Shown one piece after another: positions 17,127 through 26,118 of a stretch of DNA of 64,000 bases. A program made the position numbers and the translations under genes. Under the pieces are notes generated by a model that had not been told where the DNA came from, searched no databases, and saw nothing but the letters and a program-made list of their open reading frames with translations. Positions within the stretch are counted from its first letter, which is position 1, and each line of letters opens with the position of its first letter. This stretch comes from Candidatus Xenobia bacterium (GTDB lineage Bacteria; Vulcanimicrobiota; Xenobia; Xenobiales; QWHO01): positions 1 to 64,000 of the forward strand of contig BTUM01000022.1 of NCBI GenBank assembly GCA_045863235.1, given 5' to 3'.

Positions 17127-18761
17127 TCAGCGCAGCAGGCGTCGGCTCAAAGCGTGCGGGACGCCCGGGGGCGGATCCAGCTCCACCGACTGGTCCCAGC
17201 GCTCGCTGGTCATGCCCGGGGGCACGCAGTAATCCGCGCGCACGTACCAGGGAGAGCGACCGGTGGCCAGCTGGGAGGGCTCGTTGTCAAGGGTGGCCAT
17301 GGTGCGAAAGTCGAGCCAGCAGGTGCCGCCCACCCGGGCCAGCTCCTGGCCCGTCCAGTCCTCCAGGAAAGCGTACTGGCGCGGCCGCTCGTTGCTGGGC
17401 ACGTAGTAGGGCGAGCCCGGCACCTGGCTGCGCAGCAGGCCCTCGCGTGGCTGCAGGCCCTCCACCACCAGGGCGTTGCACTCGATCGTGTCGGCCGGAT
17501 CGCCGGCAAAGAGGGGGGGATCGGAGGCGGGGGGGTTCACGGTGGAGTAGCTGGCGGCGTCGTTGAAGCCCGAGGAGAGCAGCCACACCGAGTCGCGCGC
17601 GATCAGACCCACCGAGCGCTTGCGCAGCGCTCCGGTGGCATCGCGCTCCTTGTTGAAGTCGCCCTGGATGTAGAGCGAGGCGTTGCACATCACGGTCAGG
17701 TTGGCCGGCAAAAAGTGAGCGTTCTTGAGGCGAAGCGGTCCCTCGCTGTAGAGCATGCCATTGGACGGGAAGCCCCCGGCGCTGATCAGGGCGGCCACAT
17801 CCAGGTCCTTGACGCGCACCTCGCGCCCTTCGGCCTGGTTGAAGAAAGCGGCATCGGCGCTGCCGGCCAGCAGCTGGATCTGAGCCTGGCTCGCGAAATA
17901 GCCCGAGGGCAGCAGGCAGCTGGCCCGGGGCGCCGGCAAACGCCTGGCTCCCAGGCGAGCGTCGCGCACCACGCCCCCGTAGCGGCTGAGGGCCTGGCGG
18001 GTCCACTCGCTCCAGCGCGAGTCGTAGTAGCTGTTGCGCCGGGTCAGCTCGGCAAAGATGCCGTCGGGCCGCAGCACCTGGACGTACGACATGGGACCGC
18101 CCCCGCTGCACTGGATCTCATCGGCGGCCGAAACGGTGGGTCCGTAGAAGGCCACCGGCGCGCCGCTGAAGAGGCGGTGGTAGACGCGCAGATCGCCGTT
18201 GGCGTGGACCGGGCCGTGCACCTGGTAGGGGATCCAGAAGGGGCCCTGGCCCACGATGACCCCGTCGCCGTCGGCGAAGAAAGCATAGCGGGTGAGCGGC
18301 TCCAGGTCGCCCTCCAGGCTGCGCTCGGCGGAGTGGGTCCCCCAGCTTGCCCGGCTCACAATGCGGAAGCTACGGGCGTCCGGCCGGGTCACCCGGATGC
18401 GGAAGCTCTCGCTCTGGCCGGTCCCGGTCAAGGAGAGAGCTGGATCGTCGCCCGGGTCCCAGCGCCACTCCCACCAGCCGTCCGAACGGCGGGTCACTCC
18501 TGGAAACAAGGGCGGCGCCCCGGCCGCCGGGGTGCCGTCGCTCTGGTGGGTCACGGCGTAGCCCCCGCTGTCGCGGAAGGCAGCGAAGGCGGCCTCCAGG
18601 CCTGTCTCGGCGAGATACTGCAGGCGGGTCTGCACCACCCGCATGTGCGCCTCGCGCCGGGTGGCCCCGGCTCGCTCCATGACCAGGGCAAGCGAGAGCA
18701 AGAAGATCGGGATCAGGCTGATGGTCACGAACAGGGTCAGGCCCCGGCGGTCAGGGCGCAT
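17127..18761 (-). CDS. PilX-like large minor pilin
   Basis: RRG|LTLFV class III signal lacking E5; YLAETGLEAA; GPVHANGDL; LYIQGDFN. Confidence 0.75.
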   Translation of the reverse strand: MRPDRRGLTLFVTISLIPIFLLSLALVMERAGATRREAHMRVVQTRLQYLAETGLEAAFAAFRDSGGYAVTHQSDGTPAAGAPPLFPGVTRRSDGWWEWRWDPGDDPALSLTGTGQSESFRIRVTRPDARSFRIVSRASWGTHSAERSLEGDLEPLTRYAFFADGDGVIVGQGPFWIPYQVHGPVHANGDLRVYHRLFSGAPVAFYGPTVSAADEIQCSGGGPMSYVQVLRPDGIFAELTRRNSYYDSRWSEWTRQALSRYGGVVRDARLGARRLPAPRASCLLPSGYFASQAQIQLLAGSADAAFFNQAEGREVRVKDLDVAALISAGGFPSNGMLYSEGPLRLKNAHFLPANLTVMCNASLYIQGDFNKERDATGALRKRSVGLIARDSVWLLSSGFNDAASYSTVNPPASDPPLFAGDPADTIECNALVVEGLQPREGLLRSQVPGSPYYVPSNERPRQYAFLEDWTGQELARVGGTCWLDFRTMATLDNEPSQLATGRSPWYVRADYCVPPGMTSERWDQSVELDPPPGVPHALSRRLLR

Positions 18762-19395
18762 TGCGAAGCTCCGAAAGCAGTTCCAGGCTGCCAGAGGTCA
18801 CCGGCCCGCGCTCGCTCACCTTGCGATAGGTCAGTTCAAAGCTCGCGAGGCGGTCCGTGACCGACCAGCGCACGGTCAGCGAGCCCGGCTCGAGATAGAC
18901 TGCGTAACGCCGCTCGTTGCCGCCGGTGGCCAGGGCCAGGTCGAGCTGATCGGGAGCCAGGCGCGGGCAGGCTACGGCCGGTTTCTCGTAGAGCACCAGG
19001 TCGAGCGCCTGCGGGTTGCGCGGGTCGGGCGGGGTATGCGGCTGTGCTGACAGGGCCACCACCGTGACGGTGCCGCCGCTCGGCTCCGGGATGGCCGCCA
19101 CCAGCGTCTCCCAGCTGGTGGAGGGCAGGCCGGGGAAGCGGTAGAGCTGGCTTCCCAGGGTCACATCGGGGGCGTCCCAGACCACGAAGGCGGCGGCCGA
19201 AAGGAGATCGTCCAGACGGCGCGTCAGCAGGGCCTGCTCGCGAGCCAGCTCCCAACTGCCGGCGCGGGCTCGCTCGACGGTGCGCAGGGTGCTCCAGACG
19301 CCCAGGATGGTGGCCATCATCAGGCCGAACAGACCGGCCACCAGCAGCACCTCGGCCAGGGTGTGAGCGCGCCTCACGGGGGGCGAGGGCCTCAT
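18751..19395 (-). CDS. Minor pilin (PilW/GspJ-like)
   Basis: RRA|HTLAEVLL prepilin motif; ATGA overlap with upstream gene. Confidence 0.75.
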   Translation of the reverse strand: MRPSPPVRRAHTLAEVLLVAGLFGLMMATILGVWSTLRTVERARAGSWELAREQALLTRRLDDLLSAAAFVVWDAPDVTLGSQLYRFPGLPSTSWETLVAAIPEPSGGTVTVVALSAQPHTPPDPRNPQALDLVLYEKPAVACPRLAPDQLDLALATGGNERRYAVYLEPGSLTVRWSVTDRLASFELTYRKVSERGPVTSGSLELLSELRNAP

Positions 19396-19760
19396 CGCCA
19401 CAGGGTGCGCGTCAGGCGCACCAGCGGGGGGCGGCCGGGCCGGGGCACCGCTCCGGCCACGGCCGGGTCGGCCGGCCAGACCACGGCAGTGGCTCGCTTG
19501 CAGCCGAAGGTGAGGGGAGTGACGGAAAGCTCCACCACCAGCTGCCCGTGGCGCTTGCGGGCCTGGCTGGCAGCCGAGGGGTAGTCGGTCAGCGCTTCGA
19601 GCTGGTTGCGGGCCAGGCGGTGGGCCTGGGACAAGAGCCGGCCCTGCTCATCCATGCGCTGAGCCTGCAGGCAGGCGGCCAGGACCGCCAGGGCATAGAC
19701 CAGCAGGACCGCTCCCGAGAGCACCAGCTCGGCCAGGCTGAGTCCGCGCGAACGCCGCAT
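19392..19760 (-). CDS. Minor pilin (PilV/GspI-like)
   Basis: MRRSRG|LSLAELV prepilin motif, hydrophobic helix, AHRLARNQLE. Confidence 0.75.
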   Translation of the reverse strand: MRRSRGLSLAELVLSGAVLLVYALAVLAACLQAQRMDEQGRLLSQAHRLARNQLEALTDYPSAASQARKRHGQLVVELSVTPLTFGCKRATAVVWPADPAVAGAVPRPGRPPLVRLTRTLWR

Positions 19761-19762
19761 TC

Positions 19763-20269
19763 TCAGGTAGATTCGCCGAGAAGGGGGGATTGTCCGGCTG
19801 CCCCCCGCCAGGCGCACAGGCGCTGCACCACGGCGGGTCCGCTGGCAAGGCCCTGCTCGAATGCGATCACGCTCAGCTCGGGGAAGGCGTGCAGCAGCTC
19901 GTCCGGTCGCAGGAGGAAATCGGGATTGGTGGGCCGTCCGTAGGCTTCCTGACCTTCGGCAAAAGTCTCGTAGATCAGCACGCCCCGCGGAGCCAGCGCC
20001 GCGGCCAGCACCGAGAACAGGGGACGGTGCAGGTAGTTGGTCACCACGATGCCGGCGAAGAGCTGACCGGGAAACGGCCAGGGGTCGGCTTCCAGGTCGG
20101 CCCGCACGACCTCGGGCCCGGCGCTCTCCCTGTCGACCGCCACCACCTGGTAGCCGAGAGCGAGCAGATAGAGGGTGTGCCGACCGCGGCCAGAGGCGAC
20201 GTCGAGCACCGGATGCGGGCCCTTCTCGATGAGAGGCACCCAGCGCGCGACCCAGGGCGAAACGGTCAA
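19763..20269 (-). CDS. SAM-dependent methyltransferase (TehB-like)
   Basis: VLDVASGRGRH, VVTNYLHRPLF, GVLIYETF, GRPTNPDFLL; TTG start overlapping the upstream stop. Confidence 0.85.
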   Translation of the reverse strand: MTVSPWVARWVPLIEKGPHPVLDVASGRGRHTLYLLALGYQVVAVDRESAGPEVVRADLEADPWPFPGQLFAGIVVTNYLHRPLFSVLAAALAPRGVLIYETFAEGQEAYGRPTNPDFLLRPDELLHAFPELSVIAFEQGLASGPAVVQRLCAWRGAAGQSPLLGEST

Positions 20270-20652
20270 CGAGGACGCTTGCCGGAGTTGCCCAGCACGT
20301 TGCCGCGCAGGTCCATGCTGATGCGTTGCCTGAACTCGGGTGTGAGCGTATCCAAGATGACGTCCCCGTCGCGGCGAATGAAGGCCAGGCGCTGGAGCGG
20401 GCGCTGGCCGTCCGGGCCCCCCAGCTCGAACACCCAGACCACGCTGTCGGGCTTGCTCACGAACTGCCAGCCATGCTCGCGGGCGAACTCCTGGCCTTGA
20501 GAATAGGACTGCACCTGGGTGCGAACGTCGCGCACCAGGTCCTGCTCGCACAGGCCGCTTTCGACCAGCGACGCGAGCAGGCTCGCGTCCACCTGCGAGG
20601 ACGCGTTGTGCGGGGAGCGGAGCGAGGCGAGGGGCATGACGGGGGAGAGCAC
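20266..20652 (-). CDS. Hypothetical protein (start GTG 20652 or ATG 20637)
   Basis: Fills the gap; TACCCT 6 nt before the GTG; TTGA coupling to the next gene. Confidence 0.6.
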   Translation of the reverse strand: MLSPVMPLASLRSPHNASSQVDASLLASLVESGLCEQDLVRDVRTQVQSYSQGQEFAREHGWQFVSKPDSVVWVFELGGPDGQRPLQRLAFIRRDGDVILDTLTPEFRQRISMDLRGNVLGNSGKRPR

Positions 20653-20727
20653 GGTTGCAGGGTAGTCGGCGCGGGCGGCAGGCGGGTTAGCAATCTGTTG
20701 CCAGTTCGTCGTATACTCAACCTGCTC

Positions 20728-22863
20728 GTGAAGTTGAACCTTATCTGCGGTCTGCTGGCAGCGATCCTGGCGGTCGGGGCGGTGCTCTCGGGAGTGTTGT
20801 CGCAGCCCGAGGTGGTGCTGGCCCTGGCGGTGCTGGCCGCCCTGGTCTCCTCGGGAGTCTTTCGGCTGGCTCCGGCGGTGGTGGCGGGGGCCTGCTGGAG
20901 CATGGGCCCGGCCGGGGGCGCTCTGGTGGCCGGGGCGGCCGCCCTCAGCGCCGCCCTGCGCGGTGGAGCGGCTCAGCTGGGGCGCGACGCCCTGGAGGGG
21001 CTGGGGGCGGGAGTGGGCGGAGCCGTGCTGGCGGGAACCATGGCCCGGCCCGAGCTGGCCCCCTGGCTGGGAGCTCTGCTCTTCGTGTCCCTGCAGCTGG
21101 TGCGTTACGCCGGGCAACCGCTGGCGGCTCAGCAGGTGCTGGGGCAGCCCCTGCTGGCGATGCTGCTGGCTCTCGCTCCCCTCTCCCTGTTGCCGGTGAT
21201 CGCCGCGCTGGCTCTGCTCTGGCGCCAGGCGGTGGTGCAGAGCCAGGAGCCCCTGGAGCCGGCCGACCGGCGCAAGCTGGAGTGGCAGCTGGGCAAGCTC
21301 GAGTCCAGCCTGGACCGCCAGGGGCAGGCCCGCGACCGGGCCCGCCGCGACCTGGCCAGCGCCCGGACGGCCTACAACCAGCTCGAGGTGCTGATCGGGC
21401 TGGTCAGCGTGGGCACCGACCTCGCGGCCACCCGCGAGCGCGTGCTGGAGCTGGCCGGCCCCTACGACACGCTGGTGCTGTTCGAGGGCTCCGAGCTCGC
21501 GCCCACGGCCTTTCGCGGCGGTCCGGCCGAGCGGCTGGCCTCGGCCGAGCTGCTGCGGTTGGGTGAGCCCTGTGTGCAGGCCTGCTTTGAGAGCAAGCGG
21601 GCGGTCGCCGCCTTCGGCAGCGAGCGCTTGCTGGAGGACCGCCACGGCCTGGCCCTGCCGGTGGAGCCCGAGGCGGTGCTCTACGTGGGCTCGCGCCAAC
21701 CGATCAGCTCCGAGCAGCAAGACGCCCTCTCCACCCTGGCCGGCCAGGCCGGCCTGGCTCTGGAGGCGGCCCGTCGGCTCGACCGCCAGCACCAGGCCCT
21801 GGAGCGCGAAGAGCAGGCCCGCCGTTCTCGCGACGAGCAGGCCCGGGCCCTGGAGCAGCTGCTGGTCTTCACCACGGCCCTCTCCCAGCGGCTCGACATC
21901 GATGATCTTCCCGAGCAGCTCGGTGGGCTGATCCCCCACCAGAGGGGCTGGCTGGAGGCCAGCGACCGGCACCTGAGCTGGCCCGACCCGGCTCCGCTCC
22001 CGAATCTCGAGGTGAGCGCCCCCCTCATCTTGCCCGAGCTGATCGCCGTTCCGCTGGAGGAAGGGGGAGCCCTGCTGTTACAGGCTCCCTCCTTCAAGCG
22101 CAAGCACCTGTACCTGCTGCAGTTCGCGGGGCTGGCCGTGACGGCCGCCCTGGCCCGCAGCCGCCTGCACGAGGAAGTGCGCCAGGCCTACGCCCACCTG
22201 AGCGAGTCGCGCCGCCTGGCGGCGGTCGGCGAGCTGGCGGCCGGAGTGGCCCACGAGATCAACAATCCCATGGCCGCCCTGGCCCTGGCCCTGGAAGGGG
22301 CGCTGCTCAAGCTGCGCAGCCAGCCCGAGCTGGCCGAGCGCAAGCTGGAGCGGGCCTTCGAGGTGGTGGAGAGGGTCAAGGCCATCACCGGCAAGTTGCT
22401 CTTTTATGCCCGCGACGCCCACCTGGCCCGGCCCACTCAGGTCAACCAGGTGGTGCAGGACACGCTCGAGTTCCTCGAGCCCGGCCTGACCCGTGAGTCG
22501 ATCGGGCTCGAGCGCGAGCTCTCCGAGCTGCCGCTGGTGCAGACCGACCCCCACGGGCTGCACCAGGTGCTGACCAACCTGGTGCTCAACGCCAGAAACG
22601 CCCTGGGCCAGGTACCGGAGGACCGGCGCCAGCTCAAGGTGGCCACCCGGTTGGAAGGGGAGCGCCTGCTGGTGCAGGTTTCCGATACCGGTCCCGGAAT
22701 CGAGCCGGCCATGCAGGAGAAGATCTTCCAGCCCTTCTTCACCACCCGCCCCGACGGCACGGGCCTGGGCCTGTCGACCAGCCGCGAGATCGCCCGCTCG
22801 CAGGGTGGCGAGCTGAGGCTGGAGCCGCCCTCCACCTTCGTGCTGGAGCTACCCCTGAGATGA
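20728..22863 (+). CDS. Membrane sensor histidine kinase with GAF-like domains
   Basis: N-terminal TMs; AHEINNP H-box; NLVLNA, DTGPGI, FQPFFTT, GTGLGL. Confidence 0.92.
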   Translation: MKLNLICGLLAAILAVGAVLSGVLSQPEVVLALAVLAALVSSGVFRLAPAVVAGACWSMGPAGGALVAGAAALSAALRGGAAQLGRDALEGLGAGVGGAVLAGTMARPELAPWLGALLFVSLQLVRYAGQPLAAQQVLGQPLLAMLLALAPLSLLPVIAALALLWRQAVVQSQEPLEPADRRKLEWQLGKLESSLDRQGQARDRARRDLASARTAYNQLEVLIGLVSVGTDLAATRERVLELAGPYDTLVLFEGSELAPTAFRGGPAERLASAELLRLGEPCVQACFESKRAVAAFGSERLLEDRHGLALPVEPEAVLYVGSRQPISSEQQDALSTLAGQAGLALEAARRLDRQHQALEREEQARRSRDEQARALEQLLVFTTALSQRLDIDDLPEQLGGLIPHQRGWLEASDRHLSWPDPAPLPNLEVSAPLILPELIAVPLEEGGALLLQAPSFKRKHLYLLQFAGLAVTAALARSRLHEEVRQAYAHLSESRRLAAVGELAAGVAHEINNPMAALALALEGALLKLRSQPELAERKLERAFEVVERVKAITGKLLFYARDAHLARPTQVNQVVQDTLEFLEPGLTRESIGLERELSELPLVQTDPHGLHQVLTNLVLNARNALGQVPEDRRQLKVATRLEGERLLVQVSDTGPGIEPAMQEKIFQPFFTTRPDGTGLGLSTSREIARSQGGELRLEPPSTFVLELPLR

Positions 22864-25046
22864 GCCGCATTCTCCTCTTGGAGGACGATGAGCAGGTGCG
22901 CGTCGAGCTCGAGGAGCTGCTCGACTCGGAGGGATACCAGGTGCACGCCGCCGCCACCGGGGCGGCAGCCATCGAGCTGGCCGGCGAGCACCGCTTCGAC
23001 CTCATCGTAGCCGACGTCAAGATGGAGGGGATGGATGGGCTGACGGCTCTCTCGCAGCTGCGCCAGGCCGACCCGGGGCTGGCGGCGCTCGTGATCAGCG
23101 GCTACTCCGACGAGGCCGACACGCTGCGGGCGCTGCGGCTGGGGGCGGGCGACTTTCTCAAGAAACCGTTCCGCGTGGCCGAGCTCTTGAGCGCGGTGGA
23201 AACACTGCTGGAGCGGCGCCGCCGCCAGCTGGCTCAAGACGAGCGAGACCGGGCCGCCCGCCAGCTGGCCCGCTGGGCGGTCACCTCGCTGGCCCGCTCC
23301 AGCGAGCTGGGCAGCTCTCGGACGGGTCTGCTGGAGGCGGCCGCCCTGGCCGGCAAGGCGGCCCGCCTGCAGGGTCTGGAGCCGTCCGAGGACGTCGAGT
23401 TGTTGACGCTGGTCTGGGGCCTGGAGGGCGACTACCCCGAGTTTTTCCTGGCCGGGTTGTCCGACCCGGTGCGCGACTGGCTGATCGAGCTGAGCCAGGA
23501 GCGGCCCGCCTCGCTGGCCGCCGGGCTGGCCCTGGCGGCCCTGGGACAGAGCGCTCCGAATGAAGCCGTGGAGGCCCTGGAGCAGGCCCGGCGCGAGGCC
23601 GAGCCGCCCCGATCCTCGGGCCGACAGCGACGCGACCTGCTCTCGCTGGGACAGACCCTTGAGCTGGCCGGCGACCTGGCCGGAGCCAGCCAGGCTTACG
23701 CCGAGCTGGTGGCCCACGCGCCCGGCAGCCTGGAGGCGCCCGAGGCCTCGCTTCGCTGCGCCACGCTCTTGATGCGCCAGGGTCAGCTCGAGCCGGCTCG
23801 CCGCCAGCTGGCCCAGGCCTGGCAGGCGGCTCGCCGCATCGGGCCCTCGTGGACTGCCCGGGTGGGCTTCGAGGTCGCCGTGCTGCTTCACCACCTGGGC
23901 GATCCGGAGGCGGTGGCGGTGCTGGAGGAAGCCAGCGGGAAGACCCAGGAGCCAGGCATTTCCCTGCGCTCGCGCCTGTTCGCCAGCGTCTGCCTGCAGC
24001 CTGAGCCCTCCCGGGCTCTCGAGCTGCTGGGCCAGCTCGCCCAGCACCCCCAGGAGCTTTACTCTTGTGCCGGCTGGCTCTTTCCCTGGCTGCTGCAGGC
24101 CGCTCCCGAGCATCCCCTGCTCGAGCGGCTGGCCCGCAACTGCCCGGGCGCCTTGTTGCGCCTCTTGCGGGCCGGCAAGCTGCCGCTTCAAGCGCGTCGC
24201 CGGGCTGGCGAGCTGCTCGAGCGGTTGGGCGGGGACAGTTTCCAGGAGGCCCAGAAGATTCTGCTGGCCGATCCCGAGCTTTCCGGCTGGGCGGCCGGGC
24301 TGGCCTCGGTCGCGGCGGCCGGCCCGACGCTGCGGCTCTTGACGCTGGGACGCTTCGAGCTGGCCCTGGGAGATCGGCCCGTGCCGCCCAATGCCTTCCG
24401 CAGCCAGAAGGTGCGTTTTCTGCTGGCCTGCCTGGCGGCCAACCGGGGCCGTCCGTTGAGCGAGGACATGCTGATCGAGACGTTCTGGGGAGACTTCGCC
24501 GAGACCGGCAAACAGCGGATCTACGCCGCCACCACCAACCTGCGGGCCATCCTGCGAGCGGCCCACCCCGAGCCGATCGTGCGCGAGCGAAACGGGATTC
24601 AGCTGGCTCCAGAGCTGGTCCTGTGGCACGATCTGGAGGAGGTGGAGCAGGCCCTGGCCGAGCCCGAGTCGGTGGAATCGCTGGGCCGGGTTGCCCGTCT
24701 CTACGCCGGCCCCTACCTCGAGTCGTGCTATTCCGATTGGGCGGTGATGCGGCGGGAGCGGCTGGAGCAGCGGGTGGGCCAGGCCCTGACCCGACTGGCC
24801 GAGTTGCTGCTGGCCCGGGGCCAGGTCGAGGAGGCCCTGGAGCAAGCCCACCACAGCCTGGAGCTGGATCGATGCCACCAGGAGGCCCACCTGCTGATCA
24901 TGCAGGCGCACCTGTCGGCCCGGCGGCCTGAGGAGGCCATCCGGCAGTATGAGAGCTGCTGCCAGACCCTGCGCAAAGAGCTGGCCATGGAGCCTTCCAT
25001 CGCCCTGATGGAGGCCTACCAGCGTGCCCGGCTGAGCCTGACCTGA
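22860..25046 (+). CDS. Response regulator: receiver + TPR-like region + SARP/BTAD activator domain
   Basis: ILLLEDD, DVKMEGMDG, KPF; LRLLTLGRFEL, LYAGPYL..YSDW, HQEAHLLIMQAH, LAMEPS. Confidence 0.88.
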   Translation: MSRILLLEDDEQVRVELEELLDSEGYQVHAAATGAAAIELAGEHRFDLIVADVKMEGMDGLTALSQLRQADPGLAALVISGYSDEADTLRALRLGAGDFLKKPFRVAELLSAVETLLERRRRQLAQDERDRAARQLARWAVTSLARSSELGSSRTGLLEAAALAGKAARLQGLEPSEDVELLTLVWGLEGDYPEFFLAGLSDPVRDWLIELSQERPASLAAGLALAALGQSAPNEAVEALEQARREAEPPRSSGRQRRDLLSLGQTLELAGDLAGASQAYAELVAHAPGSLEAPEASLRCATLLMRQGQLEPARRQLAQAWQAARRIGPSWTARVGFEVAVLLHHLGDPEAVAVLEEASGKTQEPGISLRSRLFASVCLQPEPSRALELLGQLAQHPQELYSCAGWLFPWLLQAAPEHPLLERLARNCPGALLRLLRAGKLPLQARRRAGELLERLGGDSFQEAQKILLADPELSGWAAGLASVAAAGPTLRLLTLGRFELALGDRPVPPNAFRSQKVRFLLACLAANRGRPLSEDMLIETFWGDFAETGKQRIYAATTNLRAILRAAHPEPIVRERNGIQLAPELVLWHDLEEVEQALAEPESVESLGRVARLYAGPYLESCYSDWAVMRRERLEQRVGQALTRLAELLLARGQVEEALEQAHHSLELDRCHQEAHLLIMQAHLSARRPEEAIRQYESCCQTLRKELAMEPSIALMEAYQRARLSLT

Positions 25047-25047
25047 G

Positions 25048-26064
25048 TTGGGACGAACGCTGGCGCTCTTCACCCGGGGCCTGGCCACGCTGGTGAGCAG
25101 CGGGGTGCCCCTGGGCCGAGCGCTGCAGGTGATGGCCGCTACCCGGGTGCTACCCGAGGAGGTGGCGGACGGCCTGATCGGGACGCTGCTCCGAGGGCAC
25201 TCGTTATCGGACGGTTTCAAGGCCTACCCCGCGCACTTCCCCACCTCCTACGTGGCGGCCGTGCGAGCCGCCGAGGGCACGGGCGCACTGGTGGAGGTGC
25301 TGCTGCGCCTGGCCGATCAGACCGAGAAATCGGCACGGCTGCGCCACCGGCTCCTGAGTCAGCTCAGCTATCCGGTGGTGCTGCTCATCTCGTGCGGGCT
25401 GGGGTTAGCGGTGCTGGTGCTGGGGTTTGTGCCCATGATGCTGCCGATGCTGGAGCAGTGGAATGCGCCCGCGCCCTGGCTGCTGGTCACTTTGACGGGC
25501 CTGGCCCGCAGCCCGGTGACCTGGGTGATGCTGGGATTGGGGCTGGTCAACCTGTTGCTGGCCGTCCTTTTGCTGCAACGCCGACCGGCGCTGCGATCGG
25601 CCCTGGAGCGCTCGTCGGCGAGCTGGCCACTGGTGGGAGGGGTGCGCCTGCGCCTGGCCCGGCTGCAGGCGCTGGACACGCTGATCTTGCTCCAGGAGGC
25701 GGGGGTGCCAGCCCGCACGTGCCTTCTGGAGGCGGCCCGAGGGCAGAGTCACGCCGAGCTGGCCGCCCGGCTGCGCGAGGCCGACGCGGCCCTGCTGGAA
25801 GGGGCTGAGCTGACTGCGGCCTTGCGCCAGGCGCGGGTCTTTAGCCCGCCCGCACTGCAGCTCTTGCTGGCGGGTGAGGCCGCCGGACGCCTGGCGCGGC
25901 TGATGCGCTGCGCGCGCAAGCTGGAGGAGGATGCCCTGGAGGCTCGCATCGAGCTGCTGGTCACCTTGAGCGAGCCCCTGGTACTGAGCGTGATGGGGCT
26001 GGCGGTCGGGCTGGTGACGCTGATCACCCTGATGCCGATGCTCACCTTGTTGGCCCGGCTCTGA
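25048..26064 (+). CDS. pilC: Type II secretion system F / PilC platform protein
   Basis: FTRGLATLVSSGVPL, AAEGTGAL, LSYP, AGEAAGRL, EPLV; three TMs. Confidence 0.88.
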   Translation: MGRTLALFTRGLATLVSSGVPLGRALQVMAATRVLPEEVADGLIGTLLRGHSLSDGFKAYPAHFPTSYVAAVRAAEGTGALVEVLLRLADQTEKSARLRHRLLSQLSYPVVLLISCGLGLAVLVLGFVPMMLPMLEQWNAPAPWLLVTLTGLARSPVTWVMLGLGLVNLLLAVLLLQRRPALRSALERSSASWPLVGGVRLRLARLQALDTLILLQEAGVPARTCLLEAARGQSHAELAARLREADAALLEGAELTAALRQARVFSPPALQLLLAGEAAGRLARLMRCARKLEEDALEARIELLVTLSEPLVLSVMGLAVGLVTLITLMPMLTLLARL

Positions 26065-26118
26065 ACCAGACCCTCTCATTCAAGACGCGCCGCCACCAGA
26101 GGGCCGAGTGCGAGCGCA

